The position numbers and the translations under genes were made by a program. A stretch of DNA of 64,000 nt from the NCBI GenBank assembly GCA_030613005.1, contig JAUWMV010000010.1:5718-69717 (forward strand), read 5' to 3'. Below the pieces are notes generated by a model that ran no database searches, was not told where the DNA came from, and worked only from the letters and a program-made list of their open reading frames with translations. Source of the DNA: a bacterium. Lineage in GTDB: Bacteria > UBP14 > UBA6098 > B30-G16. Below, piece after piece: positions 37,109-48,119 of this stretch; the first letter of the stretch is position 1, and each line of letters begins with the position of its first letter.

Positions 37109-38419
37109 ATGAGTGATATTTCCAACTATCAAATTGTAGAGGCACTCGAGGATTTAGTTAAGGATAAAAGTTTGGATTCTGAACTTATTATAGAAACTCT
37201 TAAACAAGCAATATTGTCTGCAGTACGTAAAAAATATGGAACATCTGAAAACATTGAGATTAAAATAGATCCGAAGATAGGAACAATACAAATTTTAGCA
37301 ACAAAAACTGTTGCACTGAGAGTTAATGATCCTGCACTCGAAATATCCAAAAAGGAAGCTAAGAAAACAAAACCAGACGCTCGAGTGGGTGACGAAATCC
37401 TTATTGAACTTTCACCCTCAGAGTTTGGGAGATCTGCAATTACAGTGGCTAAGCAAAGTCTTATTCAGCACATTAAGGAAAGCGAACGAGAACTCGTTTA
37501 TGCAGATTATCGTCATAAAGTAGGAGAAATAATCTCAGGAATGGTCTCGAGAGTAGATAAGGGTAACATCCTTATTAATTTAGGACGAACCGAAGGAGTT
37601 ATTCTGAGATCGGAGCAAATACCCGACGAACATCTTCCAATCGGCAAAACAATTAGAGTATATGTAAAGGATGTTCGGAAAGATACTCAGGGTGCTCAAG
37701 TTATTTTGTCCCGTAAAGCAGCTGAGTTTGTTAAGAAACTTTTTGAGTTCGAGGTTCCAGAAATTTACGAGGGTAGAGTCCAGATAATTGCTGTTTCTCG
37801 TGAGGTTGGAGAACGAACAAAGATAGCAGTATATTCTACGGACGATAGAATCGACCCAGTCGGTGCATGTGTAGGGCTTAAAGGCACTAGAGTTCAATCG
37901 GTTGTCAAAGAACTTTCCAATGAAAAAATTGATATTGTTCCGTACTATACGAACCCGGAAGAATTTGTTAAAAAAGCAGTTGCTCCTGCAGATGTTAAGG
38001 AAACATATCTTTATCCCGATGAGCATAAAATAGTTCTGATTGTACCCGAGGATCAACTTTCGCTTGCTATAGGCAAGGGTGGCGTAAATGCTCGACTCGC
38101 GGCAAGACTCGTAGGATGGAGACTCACCATATATGGCGATGAAAACTACAAAGATTCTCTGATCCCACTTAGTGAAACGGATATTCTTGAACCTGAACAA
38201 TTGGAAGTACTAAAAAGATTTGAAATCGACTCAATTCAGAAACTTTCGCGAATGAAGGAAGAACTTTTACGCTCGATTGAAGAAATTGGTGATCAAGCAG
38301 GAGATATACTTCTCAAAGCCCGTAAAAAACTTCGCGAAATTGAAGAAGAAAAGGCTTTCGTTACTAAAGATAAGCGTCTCAACGAAATTCTTGATTCACA
38401 ACTGGAGAAACAAAAGTAG
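37109..38419 (+). CDS. nusA: Transcription termination/antitermination factor NusA
   Basis: S1 and KH domains (GACVGLKGTRVQSVVKEL, LAIGKGGVNARLAARL). GGAGGA Shine-Dalgarno before the ATG at 37109. Confidence 0.95.
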   Translation: MSDISNYQIVEALEDLVKDKSLDSELIIETLKQAILSAVRKKYGTSENIEIKIDPKIGTIQILATKTVALRVNDPALEISKKEAKKTKPDARVGDEILIELSPSEFGRSAITVAKQSLIQHIKESERELVYADYRHKVGEIISGMVSRVDKGNILINLGRTEGVILRSEQIPDEHLPIGKTIRVYVKDVRKDTQGAQVILSRKAAEFVKKLFEFEVPEIYEGRVQIIAVSREVGERTKIAVYSTDDRIDPVGACVGLKGTRVQSVVKELSNEKIDIVPYYTNPEEFVKKAVAPADVKETYLYPDEHKIVLIVPEDQLSLAIGKGGVNARLAARLVGWRLTIYGDENYKDSLIPLSETDILEPEQLEVLKRFEIDSIQKLSRMKEELLRSIEEIGDQAGDILLKARKKLREIEEEKAFVTKDKRLNEILDSQLEKQK

Positions 38420-38699
38420 ATTCCGAAACTAATCGGAACGAAAGAAAGGTATAATCGAAAAACGATCTATGATCGTGAATTACAATACTAATCACGTTCT
38501 GTGACTTAAAAAAATGGATTAATAAATTTTACCTCGAAATGTCTTTTCAAATCTATTTAATTGCAGCAATTAATTACCCTAACAAGTAATTTTTTCAATC
38601 AATTTATAAAATACCATTTGTAAACATAAAAAAAATTGTTATTAATAGATTTCATTTCATGGATTTGCAGTAAACTAATATTTGCAAGAACAAAAGGTT

Positions 38700-40931
38700 A
38701 TGGCTAAGAAAAGAATATATCAAGCAGCAAAGGAATTTGATCTCTCAAGTAAAGCTTTAGTTCAGCTTCTATCCGATTTAGGCTTTGAGGTTAAAAGTCA
38801 CATGAGCGTTTTCACAGATGAAATGGATAAGAAGTTGAGAAAAAAACTTTCCCTTGAAAAGGAAGCTGCTAAAATACGAGCGGAAAAAAAGGATCTAGTC
38901 CAGAAAGCAGTGGCAACAGCCGAATTACAGATAAAGGAAGAAAAAGAATACCGAAAGACAAGAAAAAGACGCAGAAAAAAGAAAAAACACAAAGGACGAG
39001 ATTACGCCGCAGAGGTCAGAATACTCGACGAAGAACGTAGGAAAAGGCGTGAAGAGCTTTTAAAAACAATAACAAAAGAAAAAGTTTCTGAGACAGTGCG
39101 CCAAACTTTATCTCAACTAAACGCAACAAAGAAACGAAAAAAATATCGCAGAACCACAAGAACTGAAGAGGAAATAGAAACTATTGATCCAAATATTATT
39201 GAGATTCATGAGCTTATGACAACTAGAGAACTTGCGGAAAGACTAAATATTAACCCAGCAGAATTGGTTGAAAAATGTTTTAAAGAATTAGCAGTAATTG
39301 TAACTTTAAACCTGCGGTTGGACTATGAAACTATTTCCTTGATTTCAGAATCATACGAAAAACAAGCAAAAAAAATTGACATCGAAGAGAAAATATATGA
39401 GGATGAAGAAGAACTCGATGAATCCAAGCTTGTTCACCGCCCACCAGTCGTAACAGTTATGGGACACGTTGATCATGGAAAAACTACACTCTTAGATTAC
39501 TTAAGAAATGCGAATATCGTTGCTGGAGAAGTGGGTGGAATAACACAACATATTGGTGCTTATATGGTTGAGACCGAGTATGGGTATATAACCTTCATAG
39601 ATACACCTGGACACAGAGCATTCACAGCAATGCGTGCCAGAGGCGCACAGGTTACTGATATTGTCGTTCTTATAATCGATTGGAAAGACTCAGTAATGCC
39701 TCAAACTATAGAAGCGATAAGTCACGCAAGAGCTGCAGGTGTTCCAATTATTATTGCAATAAATAAGATGGATTTACCAGACGCTTCCTCTGATAATGTT
39801 TTGAAACAACTATCCGATTCAGGATTGTTATGCGATAAATGGGGTGGAGATACATTATGTCTCGAGATATCGGCAAAAACTGGAATGGGAGTTGAAACTC
39901 TCATTGAATATATAATATTACAGGCTGAATTGATGGAACTGAAAGCAAATCCGGATAAACTTGCCAGAGGGATTGTTCTTGAAGCCAAACTTGACAAAGG
40001 CAAAGGTCCCACTGCTAATGTCCTTATCCAAAACGGAACACTTCGAAAAGGAGATCCTGTAGTATCAGGTATATATTCTGGTAGAATTAGAAACATTTTT
40101 GACGAACGAGGAAAAATTATCCAAGAAGCTAAACCTTCGAGACCTATTCAGATTATGGGAATCAACGGTGTTCCGGAAGTTGGAGACTTATTTTTCGTGG
40201 CTGAATCAGAGAAAAGAGCTTCTGAATTAGCATCACAGAAAAAAATTATCAGAGAGCAACAGGGTAGATTCCGATATAGAACCACTCTTGCCGATTTCTA
40301 TCAAAAGACAACAATAGAAAAAGAGAAAAAAACTCTTAGAATAATTTTGAAGAGTGATGTAGAAGGATCCGCTGAAGCAATATCTGATATGCTATCACAA
40401 TTTTCGTCCGATGAGGTAAAGCTCGTAATAATTCATAAAAGTGCAGGAAATATAACGGAAAACGATATATTGCTTGCTGTGGCATCGAGAGCAATTATTT
40501 TGGGATTTGGTGTTAAACCTGATGCCAGAGCAAGAGAAGCAGCAGTACAAGAAAACGTTGAAATCCGTCTTTATAATGTTATTTACGATCTTGAAGAAGA
40601 TATTAAAAAGGCTCTTGAGGGTTTGCTTGAACCTGAAGTTCTTGAAGAATATCTTGGCTCAGCGGAAATTTTAAAACTGTTTAGAGACAATGTCGTTGGT
40701 TGCATTATACGGGAGGGTGTGCTGAGGAAAAATGCAGACCTTAGAATTATTCGAGATGACGAAAAAATCGGGGAAGCAAAAATCGTTGAACTAAAAAGAT
40801 TTAAAAACACTGTAAAGGAAGTTATTACTGGTTTAGAATGCGGTGTTTTAATCGAGGGTTTCAAAGGTATGAATGTTGGAGACACATTTGAAGCTTTTAT
40901 AAAAATTAAAATAAAACGTACTTTAGATTAA
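38700..40931 (+). CDS. infB: Translation initiation factor IF-2
   Basis: [14 protein letters not shown]-terminus. G-domain [21 protein letters not shown]. Confidence 0.95.
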   Translation: MAKKRIYQAAKEFDLSSKALVQLLSDLGFEVKSHMSVFTDEMDKKLRKKLSLEKEAAKIRAEKKDLVQKAVATAELQIKEEKEYRKTRKRRRKKKKHKGRDYAAEVRILDEERRKRREELLKTITKEKVSETVRQTLSQLNATKKRKKYRRTTRTEEEIETIDPNIIEIHELMTTRELAERLNINPAELVEKCFKELAVIVTLNLRLDYETISLISESYEKQAKKIDIEEKIYEDEEELDESKLVHRPPVVTVMGHVDHGKTTLLDYLRNANIVAGEVGGITQHIGAYMVETEYGYITFIDTPGHRAFTAMRARGAQVTDIVVLIIDWKDSVMPQTIEAISHARAAGVPIIIAINKMDLPDASSDNVLKQLSDSGLLCDKWGGDTLCLEISAKTGMGVETLIEYIILQAELMELKANPDKLARGIVLEAKLDKGKGPTANVLIQNGTLRKGDPVVSGIYSGRIRNIFDERGKIIQEAKPSRPIQIMGINGVPEVGDLFFVAESEKRASELASQKKIIREQQGRFRYRTTLADFYQKTTIEKEKKTLRIILKSDVEGSAEAISDMLSQFSSDEVKLVIIHKSAGNITENDILLAVASRAIILGFGVKPDARAREAAVQENVEIRLYNVIYDLEEDIKKALEGLLEPEVLEEYLGSAEILKLFRDNVVGCIIREGVLRKNADLRIIRDDEKIGEAKIVELKRFKNTVKEVITGLECGVLIEGFKGMNVGDTFEAFIKIKIKRTLD

Positions 40932-41121
40932 AATTTTATCTTTGTATCAAAAATTAATATTGTGAATTTTGTGAGAATGATTCAAATGTTAGAGATATTT
41001 TAAATATTTATAGTAATATTACAGTCAAAAAAGCAACCAATAAATATTCTGAAATTAACAAATCATATTAGTAACTTAAATTCCAACTATACCTTAAAAT
41101 TTATAATTTGATTAATTCGAA

Positions 41122-41403
41122 ATGATTATTGGAGTTAGAACATTCGATCTCCATATCCCAGGTTGTAGATCTCTAAAAGAGAAAAGATTTGTTGTAAAAT
41201 CGATACGGGACAAGATTCGATCGAGATTTAATGTTTCGGTGGCTGAAGTAGATTACTTAGACAAGTGGCAAAGAACCGCTATATCTATTGCTACTGTTAA
41301 TCAAAACAAATCTTATGTAAACGGACTTTTGGATAAAGTTCTTGAAGTCGTTGAAAATGAGCGAAGAGTCGTCATTATTAACATAAGAACAGAGTTGCTC
41401 TAA
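41122..41403 (+). CDS. DUF503 family protein (YlxP-like)
   Basis: ~93 aa. Conserved location between infB and rbfA as in Firmicutes ylxP. Sequence pattern resembles DUF503. Confidence 0.65.
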   Translation: MIIGVRTFDLHIPGCRSLKEKRFVVKSIRDKIRSRFNVSVAEVDYLDKWQRTAISIATVNQNKSYVNGLLDKVLEVVENERRVVIINIRTELL

Positions 41404-41503
41404 CAAAACTTTTTCTCTTGCCAAATTTCTAATCTCATATAATTTGGAATGATTTATAGGCACTGAAAACGATGCCTTATAGATTTTACTGAGGAGTATT
41501 TAC

Positions 41504-41872
41504 ATGTCTACGAGAACAGAACAAATTGGTGGTCTTATTGCGCAAAAAATCAGTGACATTTTGCAAAAAGATGTATCCGACCCAAGATTATCTGGACTTG
41601 TAACAATAACAGGTGCCAAAGTTTCTGCCGATTTAAGAAATGCAGTAGTTTATTGGAGTGTTTTGGGTAACGAAGAAGTTTGGAAAGAAGTTGATAGTGC
41701 ATTTTTTCATGCTGCAGGATATATTCAAAGGCTCGTGGGGCAAAGAGTAAGTCTCAAAGTAACTCCAATACTGAGTTTCGCACCTGATCACACAATGGAG
41801 CAAGCGCAAAAAATTGAGATGCTTATCGATCATCTAAAACCAATCAGCGAACAAACATCAGAGGAAAAATGA
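41504..41872 (+). CDS. rbfA: Ribosome-binding factor A
   Basis: KH-like RbfA pattern (RLSGLVTITGAKVSADLRNAVVYWSV). Confidence 0.85.
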   Translation: MSTRTEQIGGLIAQKISDILQKDVSDPRLSGLVTITGAKVSADLRNAVVYWSVLGNEEVWKEVDSAFFHAAGYIQRLVGQRVSLKVTPILSFAPDHTMEQAQKIEMLIDHLKPISEQTSEEK

Positions 41873-41904
41873 ATTCTATGAATCATAAAACCTGTGAGTA
41901 AGTA

Positions 41905-42894
41905 ATGAATATTCCAAAAGACATTATTAATGCAATAAATAGGAATCAATCGTTTGTCATTACTGGTCACATTTCACCGGATGGTGATTGCCTTGGAAGT
42001 TCGGTTGCTCTTTCTATGGCTCTTTCTAACATAGGTAAAGAAGTATTCATTCCTTCCCTTGGCAGTTTCAAAGGAAAATATTCTTTCCTTGCTCAATATG
42101 GAGAGAAGTTCTCTAAGTTAACCAAAAAAGCAGACATAGCTATTGTTCTTGATTGTTCAACTCCGGACAGAGTTGATTGGGGTATTTTCGGAACTCAGCC
42201 TTCAATCCCATTAATTATAATCGACCATCATAAAGGAAATATGATGTTTGGTGAGATTAATTGGGTAGAAGTTGATAAACCTGCAGTAGCCCAAATGATT
42301 TATTATCTTCTGAATGAAATGTCCATACAAATAAATGAGAAAATTGCATCCGCTCTATATGTTGCAATACTAACAGACACCGGAAAATTTTCATTTCCCA
42401 ATACTACGCCCGAGATATTTCGAGTTGCGGCTGATCTTGTTGAACTTGGTGCAAGTCCAAAAATCCTAACCGAAAAACTTTATTACTGTAATTCTGAATC
42501 CTTCTTAAAAAACATTGGTATAGCACTTACAAGTCTTAGAAGTTATCTGAATGGGGAAGTAATATTTATGACAATCAAGAATAAGGATGTACTACAATAT
42601 TCCACATCTATAACTGAATCTGAGGGTATAATAGATTTTGCAATGTCCTTGAAGAACGTGAAAGTAGCAGTTTTACTCAAGGAAATTGATAGTAATAATG
42701 TCAAAGCATCACTAAGAAGCCGTGACGACATCGATACAAGCTCGATAGCTAGAATTTTTGGAGGTGGTGGACATAAAAATGCTGCAGGATGTTCTATTTA
42801 CGGGAATTTAGATTATGCTGAAGATGTTTTACTATCGGCAATCACAAATATTCTTCAACGTAAGGGCACTGTAAATGAGGAAGTTACAATTTAA
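41905..42894 (+). CDS. nrnA: DHH/DHHA1 phosphoesterase, NrnA-like bifunctional oligoribonuclease/pAp phosphatase
   Basis: HISPDGDCLGS, DHHKGN, GGGGHKNAAG motifs. Confidence 0.75.
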   Translation: MNIPKDIINAINRNQSFVITGHISPDGDCLGSSVALSMALSNIGKEVFIPSLGSFKGKYSFLAQYGEKFSKLTKKADIAIVLDCSTPDRVDWGIFGTQPSIPLIIIDHHKGNMMFGEINWVEVDKPAVAQMIYYLLNEMSIQINEKIASALYVAILTDTGKFSFPNTTPEIFRVAADLVELGASPKILTEKLYYCNSESFLKNIGIALTSLRSYLNGEVIFMTIKNKDVLQYSTSITESEGIIDFAMSLKNVKVAVLLKEIDSNNVKASLRSRDDIDTSSIARIFGGGGHKNAAGCSIYGNLDYAEDVLLSAITNILQRKGTVNEEVTI

Positions 42895-42911
42895 ATGATT
42901 ATAAGACCTTC

Positions 42912-44171
42912 TTATATCTGCGAAGCATTTATCAATGGTAAAGCTATTATAAACGTAGTTCTTAGATACGATTTACTTTCCAAAAGATATAATTTACCGT
43001 GATGATAGTCTTGCACAATTCGGCGTGTAAGTGAAAGACCAATACCCCAACCTCTTTTCTTTGTGGTGAAACCAGTAGAAAAAATCCTTTTATGAAGATG
43101 TAGTGGAACACCCTTGCCTGTATCGGATACAATAAAATGAACTTCATCTCCATCAACATTGTTGCGCAGAGCAACGAGAATTGAACCCTTTCCAGCACCA
43201 ATAGATTCAACCGAGTTTTTGATCAGATTTTCTAGAGCCCAGGACAACAAGAGTTTATTTGCCATGACCATAGGAACCGATTCATACTGTTCTTCAAATT
43301 TTATCTTCTTATTAAGTTGTGGAATTCTATCTTTAAGATATCCAGCTACATCTTTAGCGATATCGATCGGGTCAACGGGAGACAATTCCGGTTTGCTACC
43401 TATTTGACCGAAACGAACTACAATTTTTGAAAGATTATTTACATCTCTCTCCATCTCAAAAATGTATTTTCGGATTTCATTTAAGTCCTTGGAACTACTT
43501 ATTTCGTCGTTAATAAGCTGTATCCAACCTAGCAATGATGATGTTGGAGTTCCCATTTGATGAGCTGCTTCCTTCGCCAATGAAAGCCATAGATTCTGTC
43601 GCTCATATCGTTTGACTTTTGAATAAATAATACCGCCAATTGCAAACATAATGCAAATAATAATCATCTCAATAATAGGAGCTATTCTGAGCCATTTCAT
43701 AACCGGAGACTCACCGAAAAAGATGTAAGCATAAGCCTTATTAGTTTCAGGAATTCGGACTGCAATAGGCGGATACTTTCCCCGATTTTTTTCTAGCCAT
43801 CGTTTAACTTTCTTTCGACCTTTCTGCGTCGTATCTCCTGAAGCCACAGGAAGATTTCGCCACGAATGCGGTTCACAATCGGCAGTAGTGAATAGAACGG
43901 GAAAATCTGCCTTCTCAATAACTTCCTCGAAAAGTATTGTAAGCTCTGGACCCTCAATTTCCCGTGCCAAACTTAGTGCCCATAATCTAGCATGAGTGTT
44001 CATTATGCGTCTTGTATTTCTAATCATCATTCCGTGGACAACTTCAGTAAGCCAGAACATAGCTACAAGAAGAACTATTGATAGTATTATTAACGCTAAC
44101 GTAGCTAAGGGTGGGATATTTCGATACCTTAAAAAATTCTTGCTGCCACTGTGTATAAGTTTACTATACAT
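42912..44171 (-). CDS. Sensor histidine kinase (HisKA + HATPase_c), no adjacent response regulator
   Basis: Two TM segments. H-box AHQMGTPTSSLLGW. G-boxes (VSDTGKGVP, GWGIGLSLTRRIV). Confidence 0.8.
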   Translation of the reverse strand: MYSKLIHSGSKNFLRYRNIPPLATLALIILSIVLLVAMFWLTEVVHGMMIRNTRRIMNTHARLWALSLAREIEGPELTILFEEVIEKADFPVLFTTADCEPHSWRNLPVASGDTTQKGRKKVKRWLEKNRGKYPPIAVRIPETNKAYAYIFFGESPVMKWLRIAPIIEMIIICIMFAIGGIIYSKVKRYERQNLWLSLAKEAAHQMGTPTSSLLGWIQLINDEISSSKDLNEIRKYIFEMERDVNNLSKIVVRFGQIGSKPELSPVDPIDIAKDVAGYLKDRIPQLNKKIKFEEQYESVPMVMANKLLLSWALENLIKNSVESIGAGKGSILVALRNNVDGDEVHFIVSDTGKGVPLHLHKRIFSTGFTTKKRGWGIGLSLTRRIVQDYHHGKLYLLESKSYLRTTFIIALPLINASQI

Positions 44172-44331
44172 TTTCTTGCTTAATTAATTCAGAATTTGGA
44201 ATTTAATTGTTAAAGTAAAATTGTAAAAGTAAATTATCCGTCAAGAATGATAACTATATATTTATAGTATATTTATAATTTTATGAGTCAAATAATATAT
44301 TGTAAAACATTTTCGCAGCAAGTAATAGAAA

Positions 44332-44403
44332 AGGCGGCGATCGGACTTGAACCGATGAATCGAGGCTTTGCAGGCCTCTGCCTTACCGCTTGGCTACGCC
44401 GCC
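44332..44403 (-). tRNA. tRNA-Cys (GCA)
   Basis: Reverse complement folds as a cloverleaf: acceptor GGCGGCG/CGCCGCC, anticodon loop CUGCAAA, T-arm GGTTCAAGTCC, U73 discriminator. No encoded CCA. Confidence 0.85.
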
Positions 44404-44550
44404 AGTATATTAGCGATTTTCTGGGGATAATAATAAATTGAATACTCGAAATTAACAAGAAATCTTTGAGACATAAAACTTCAAGCTTCCCACAATAACA
44501 TCAGTTAGTTATATCATATAAAATAAAGTCGAAATCCCAAGAGTAACAAA

Positions 44551-44623
44551 AGCGGGAGACGGGGTTTGAACCCGCGACAACCACCTTGGCAAGGTGGCGC
44601 TCTACCACCTGAGCTACTCCCGC
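44551..44623 (-). tRNA. tRNA-Gly (GCC)
   Basis: Reverse complement GCGGGAGTAGCTCAGGTGGTAGAGCGCCACCTTGCCAAGGTGG...GGTTCAAACCCCGTCTCCCGCT. Anticodon GCC. Confidence 0.85.
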
Positions 44624-44863
44624 ACGGAACTAGAAAGTATTTTCACATAGCATTTAAGTCAAGGGAAAATGTATAATTGGAAGTCTTAGACTTTACGTTT
44701 ATCTATAAATATTTAGAATTATTACAAAATTTCCCTATTTAAAAATTTTTTTATTTCTTATCTATAAAAATGGTGTATAATGTTTTGTAATATAAAGTTC
44801 AAACTTTGTATTTTGTATGAAGTGAAATTTAACATTAAAAATAAATAAATCGGAGGTTTTATC

Positions 44864-47800
44864 ATGTATAAGTTGTTGTTTGCGACTGTGTTACTCTTAG
44901 TAAGTTTGTCATTCGGATTTGTTGCATATGAAACTGGTCTTCCTGAAATTAATGTGGATTACCCCAAAGCAGTAAACATTTCAGGGTTAGAGCGCCTTAA
45001 CATTAATGATATATTAACGATAAAAGTTAAAGTTGATCCTATTGGTGGAAACGTAGTACACATGATACCAGAACCTATTACTACGAAATTAAATAGAATC
45101 GAGAATGCACAGGATGCTGTAAGCGCTGCTTTTGATTTTGCTAGAACATATACTTCCTTGATAGGAGTACCACCTGAAAACCTCTGTTACCAACGCTCAG
45201 AAAAGATAAGAAAATTCTGGTATGTTACGCTTGACCAGCATTACAACGGAACACTTGTTATAGGAGGCAATGCTGAATTCAGGATAAACGATAAAGGTGA
45301 AGTATTCTTCTATCACAGTGGCATAAAACCTATGGACAAACCACTTGTGTCAGAAACAATTAGCAAATCCAAAGCATTAGATCATGCAATAGAATTCTTG
45401 GGTGTAAGCGATTATGAACTAAGAGAATCGCATATTCGAATTGCAGCTATTCCAAATGGAAAGGAATATGAAGGAAAATATGTCTGGTGGCTCAAAATAA
45501 TGATAAACAAACCCTTAGCGTTATACATAATCTGGATCGATGCTCAGACGGGTAAGGTTTTACGTGCACTTAACGAACTACCAACACTTTCCGGGAAGGT
45601 AGAAATACAATATCATCCGGAATTCGCAGATGATACAATGCGAGTGGGAAACATGAAATACGCTTTTCTGCAAGTTAACGGCACAGGTGCTTACACTGAT
45701 TCTTTTGGAAATTATTCTGTAGCTGGGAGCACACCACCTTTTAATTTTCACCCAAAGCTATATGGCAACTACTGTGAGGTAACTCGCAATAGCTCGAGCC
45801 CGAGTTCTAATATGGATACAACAGTCACTGGACCCACATACGATCATCTATGGTGTACACCACCTGCAATTGAAAACGAAATAAATATATACTATCATGT
45901 AAATGTAGTTCACGATTTCGTTAAGAACTATCTGGGTTATTCGCGGATGGATTATAGAGTTAAGGGGAATGTGAGTGATTCCAGAATTCGAGATAATGCA
46001 TTCTCAGATGGAACGAATATAAATTTCGGAGTTCCGAATAGACTAAATGATCTATCGATGCATGCAGATGTGGTCTATCACGAATATCAACACTTAGTAA
46101 CTGCAAGAGTTTACAGTGGTGTGTCCTTCCCCTATTCAGGAGAATCTGGAGCAATAAACGAAGCCCTGTCTGATTATTTTCCGTGTTCATTCCTAAACGA
46201 TCCTTTAATTGGAAATAGAGTTAATCCCTCCGCTCCAAGTTACTATATGAGGAATTTGAATAATCGATTGATGTATCCAACAGATCTAGTAGGCGAAGTA
46301 CATTATGACAGTAGAATAATTTCTGCAGTTTGGTGGGAGATTCGAACTGCATTGGGTATCGGATACACCGACTCTCTTGTACACCGAACGCGGTTCGGAC
46401 ATCCCGTTAATTTCGAAGAATATTTAGATGAGATGTTAGTGGCTGATGACGACGATGGGAATCTATCCAACGGAACACCGAATTCAGAAGCAATATTTAT
46501 TGCATATAACAATCATGGCATAGGACCGGAAAAATTAATGTGCATCACCCATAGATGCATAGGTGATCAGGAGGATACAACTGGGGAATACTTTGTTAGT
46601 GCAAAAATATTCACAGTATTAGAAATCGATTCTACAGCTTTTTGTTACAGAGTCGATTTTTCTTCTTGGAGCTGCACTACTTTAACATACACTGGTTCTA
46701 CTTGGGTTGCAAATATCCCAGCTCAGCCAATAAACTCCCTTGTACATTACCAATTTTATATCAAAGCACCCAGTGGGTTCGATGTTAAAGAACCTCCAGG
46801 AGCTGGCTTTTTTTCTTTCCGAGTTGGAAAAGATTCGATTCCACCTATAGTAAATCACACACCAATAGTTAATGCATCCCTTTCAATATGGCCACCAGAG
46901 CTTGTAGCTCAAGCAACCGATAATGGTTCTGTTCGAGGCGTAACGTTGGAATACTCAATAAATGGAACTTCACAACCTGCTATTCCATTTTCTTACGATT
47001 ACTATGAAGATATATGGAAAACCAATTTCCCAACAACTTTTCCTAGTATTAATGACACAATAGATTATAGAATTATAGCCACAGATAACTCCGTTGCTGC
47101 AAATGTAGGTTTCGCTCCCGACAGTATTTCTATGTTCAGATTTATTGTCGCATTAAGCTTTTTTGAGGATGTAGAAACCGGTGCTCCTGGTTGGCGTGAT
47201 TACAGCGTAACCTCAACATATACAAACCAATGGCACGTTTCTACAGCAAGGAAACTCAGTGGTAGTCGCAGCTTTAAATGTGGCGGATCAGGACATTCAG
47301 ACTATGCTGATGGTTTGGATGCTGGACTTATGACGCCTGTAATTTTCGTTTCCAATGAAGATACTCTTTTCTTCTATCATTGGATCGACGCCGAAAAAGA
47401 TGATACTCATCCAGGATATGCTTGGGATGGCGGAATTGTCGAGGTTAATCTTGTAGGCACAGAAGAATGGAGACAGTTAGATCCGATTGGTCATTATCCA
47501 TATAGGACACGAAGCAATCTCGCATCACCATTTCCGGCTAATACACCTTGTTATTCCGGTACTCAGGATTGGAATATTGCTGTTTTTCCGTTGGATTTTC
47601 TTGGATATGTGAAATTCAGATTTAGATTTGGGAGCGACGCTCATATAACTGGTGAAGGTTGGTATATCGATGATATAAGAACAACAAACTGGACATTTGG
47701 TCCTTGGATAGAAGAGCAAATAACACACCTTCCTCAAAGTATTAACATCGATATTACTCCGAATCCTTTTAATTCATCTGTTTCCTTTTCAATTCTTGTT

Positions 47801-47995
47801 CCCGAAGATGGTTCGATTTCTGTTGTTGTTATGGATATTGTTGGGAAGCATAGCTACACAGTTTACAAAGGCGAAGTTAATGTAGGAATACTTGGACTTA
47901 CATGGCAACCATCTGATATTCCAGCAGGCATATACCTTGTTCGTGTCAGAAATAACGATTATGAAACTGTAAAAAAGATATATTACATTAAGTAA
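44864..47995 (+). CDS. Secreted zinc metalloprotease (HExxH) with propeptide-like N-terminal region and T9SS C-terminal sorting domain
   Basis: Signal peptide. HEYQH zinc-binding motif with a downstream E (GAINEALSD). C-terminal NPFNSSVSFS...GIYLVRV...IYYIK T9SS CTD. GEGWYIDDIRT motif is shared with the 1..2024 protein. Confidence 0.6.
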   Translation: MYKLLFATVLLLVSLSFGFVAYETGLPEINVDYPKAVNISGLERLNINDILTIKVKVDPIGGNVVHMIPEPITTKLNRIENAQDAVSAAFDFARTYTSLIGVPPENLCYQRSEKIRKFWYVTLDQHYNGTLVIGGNAEFRINDKGEVFFYHSGIKPMDKPLVSETISKSKALDHAIEFLGVSDYELRESHIRIAAIPNGKEYEGKYVWWLKIMINKPLALYIIWIDAQTGKVLRALNELPTLSGKVEIQYHPEFADDTMRVGNMKYAFLQVNGTGAYTDSFGNYSVAGSTPPFNFHPKLYGNYCEVTRNSSSPSSNMDTTVTGPTYDHLWCTPPAIENEINIYYHVNVVHDFVKNYLGYSRMDYRVKGNVSDSRIRDNAFSDGTNINFGVPNRLNDLSMHADVVYHEYQHLVTARVYSGVSFPYSGESGAINEALSDYFPCSFLNDPLIGNRVNPSAPSYYMRNLNNRLMYPTDLVGEVHYDSRIISAVWWEIRTALGIGYTDSLVHRTRFGHPVNFEEYLDEMLVADDDDGNLSNGTPNSEAIFIAYNNHGIGPEKLMCITHRCIGDQEDTTGEYFVSAKIFTVLEIDSTAFCYRVDFSSWSCTTLTYTGSTWVANIPAQPINSLVHYQFYIKAPSGFDVKEPPGAGFFSFRVGKDSIPPIVNHTPIVNASLSIWPPELVAQATDNGSVRGVTLEYSINGTSQPAIPFSYDYYEDIWKTNFPTTFPSINDTIDYRIIATDNSVAANVGFAPDSISMFRFIVALSFFEDVETGAPGWRDYSVTSTYTNQWHVSTARKLSGSRSFKCGGSGHSDYADGLDAGLMTPVIFVSNEDTLFFYHWIDAEKDDTHPGYAWDGGIVEVNLVGTEEWRQLDPIGHYPYRTRSNLASPFPANTPCYSGTQDWNIAVFPLDFLGYVKFRFRFGSDAHITGEGWYIDDIRTTNWTFGPWIEEQITHLPQSINIDITPNPFNSSVSFSILVPEDGSISVVVMDIVGKHSYTVYKGEVNVGILGLTWQPSDIPAGIYLVRVRNNDYETVKKIYYIK

Positions 47996-48119
47996 TATTA
48001 GGTTGACATAATCATAGGTTTCTATAAAGAAATAATTATCTATCATAGAGAACCGATAAAAATGAAATAATTAGAACAGGCGGCTCATCGAAAAATGTTG
48101 AGTCGTCTTTTAGAATTAC

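Noticed and set aside
37580-38200. 206-aa minus-strand ORF inside nusA
   Set aside because: Antisense to an unambiguous nusA. Translation has no recognisable features.
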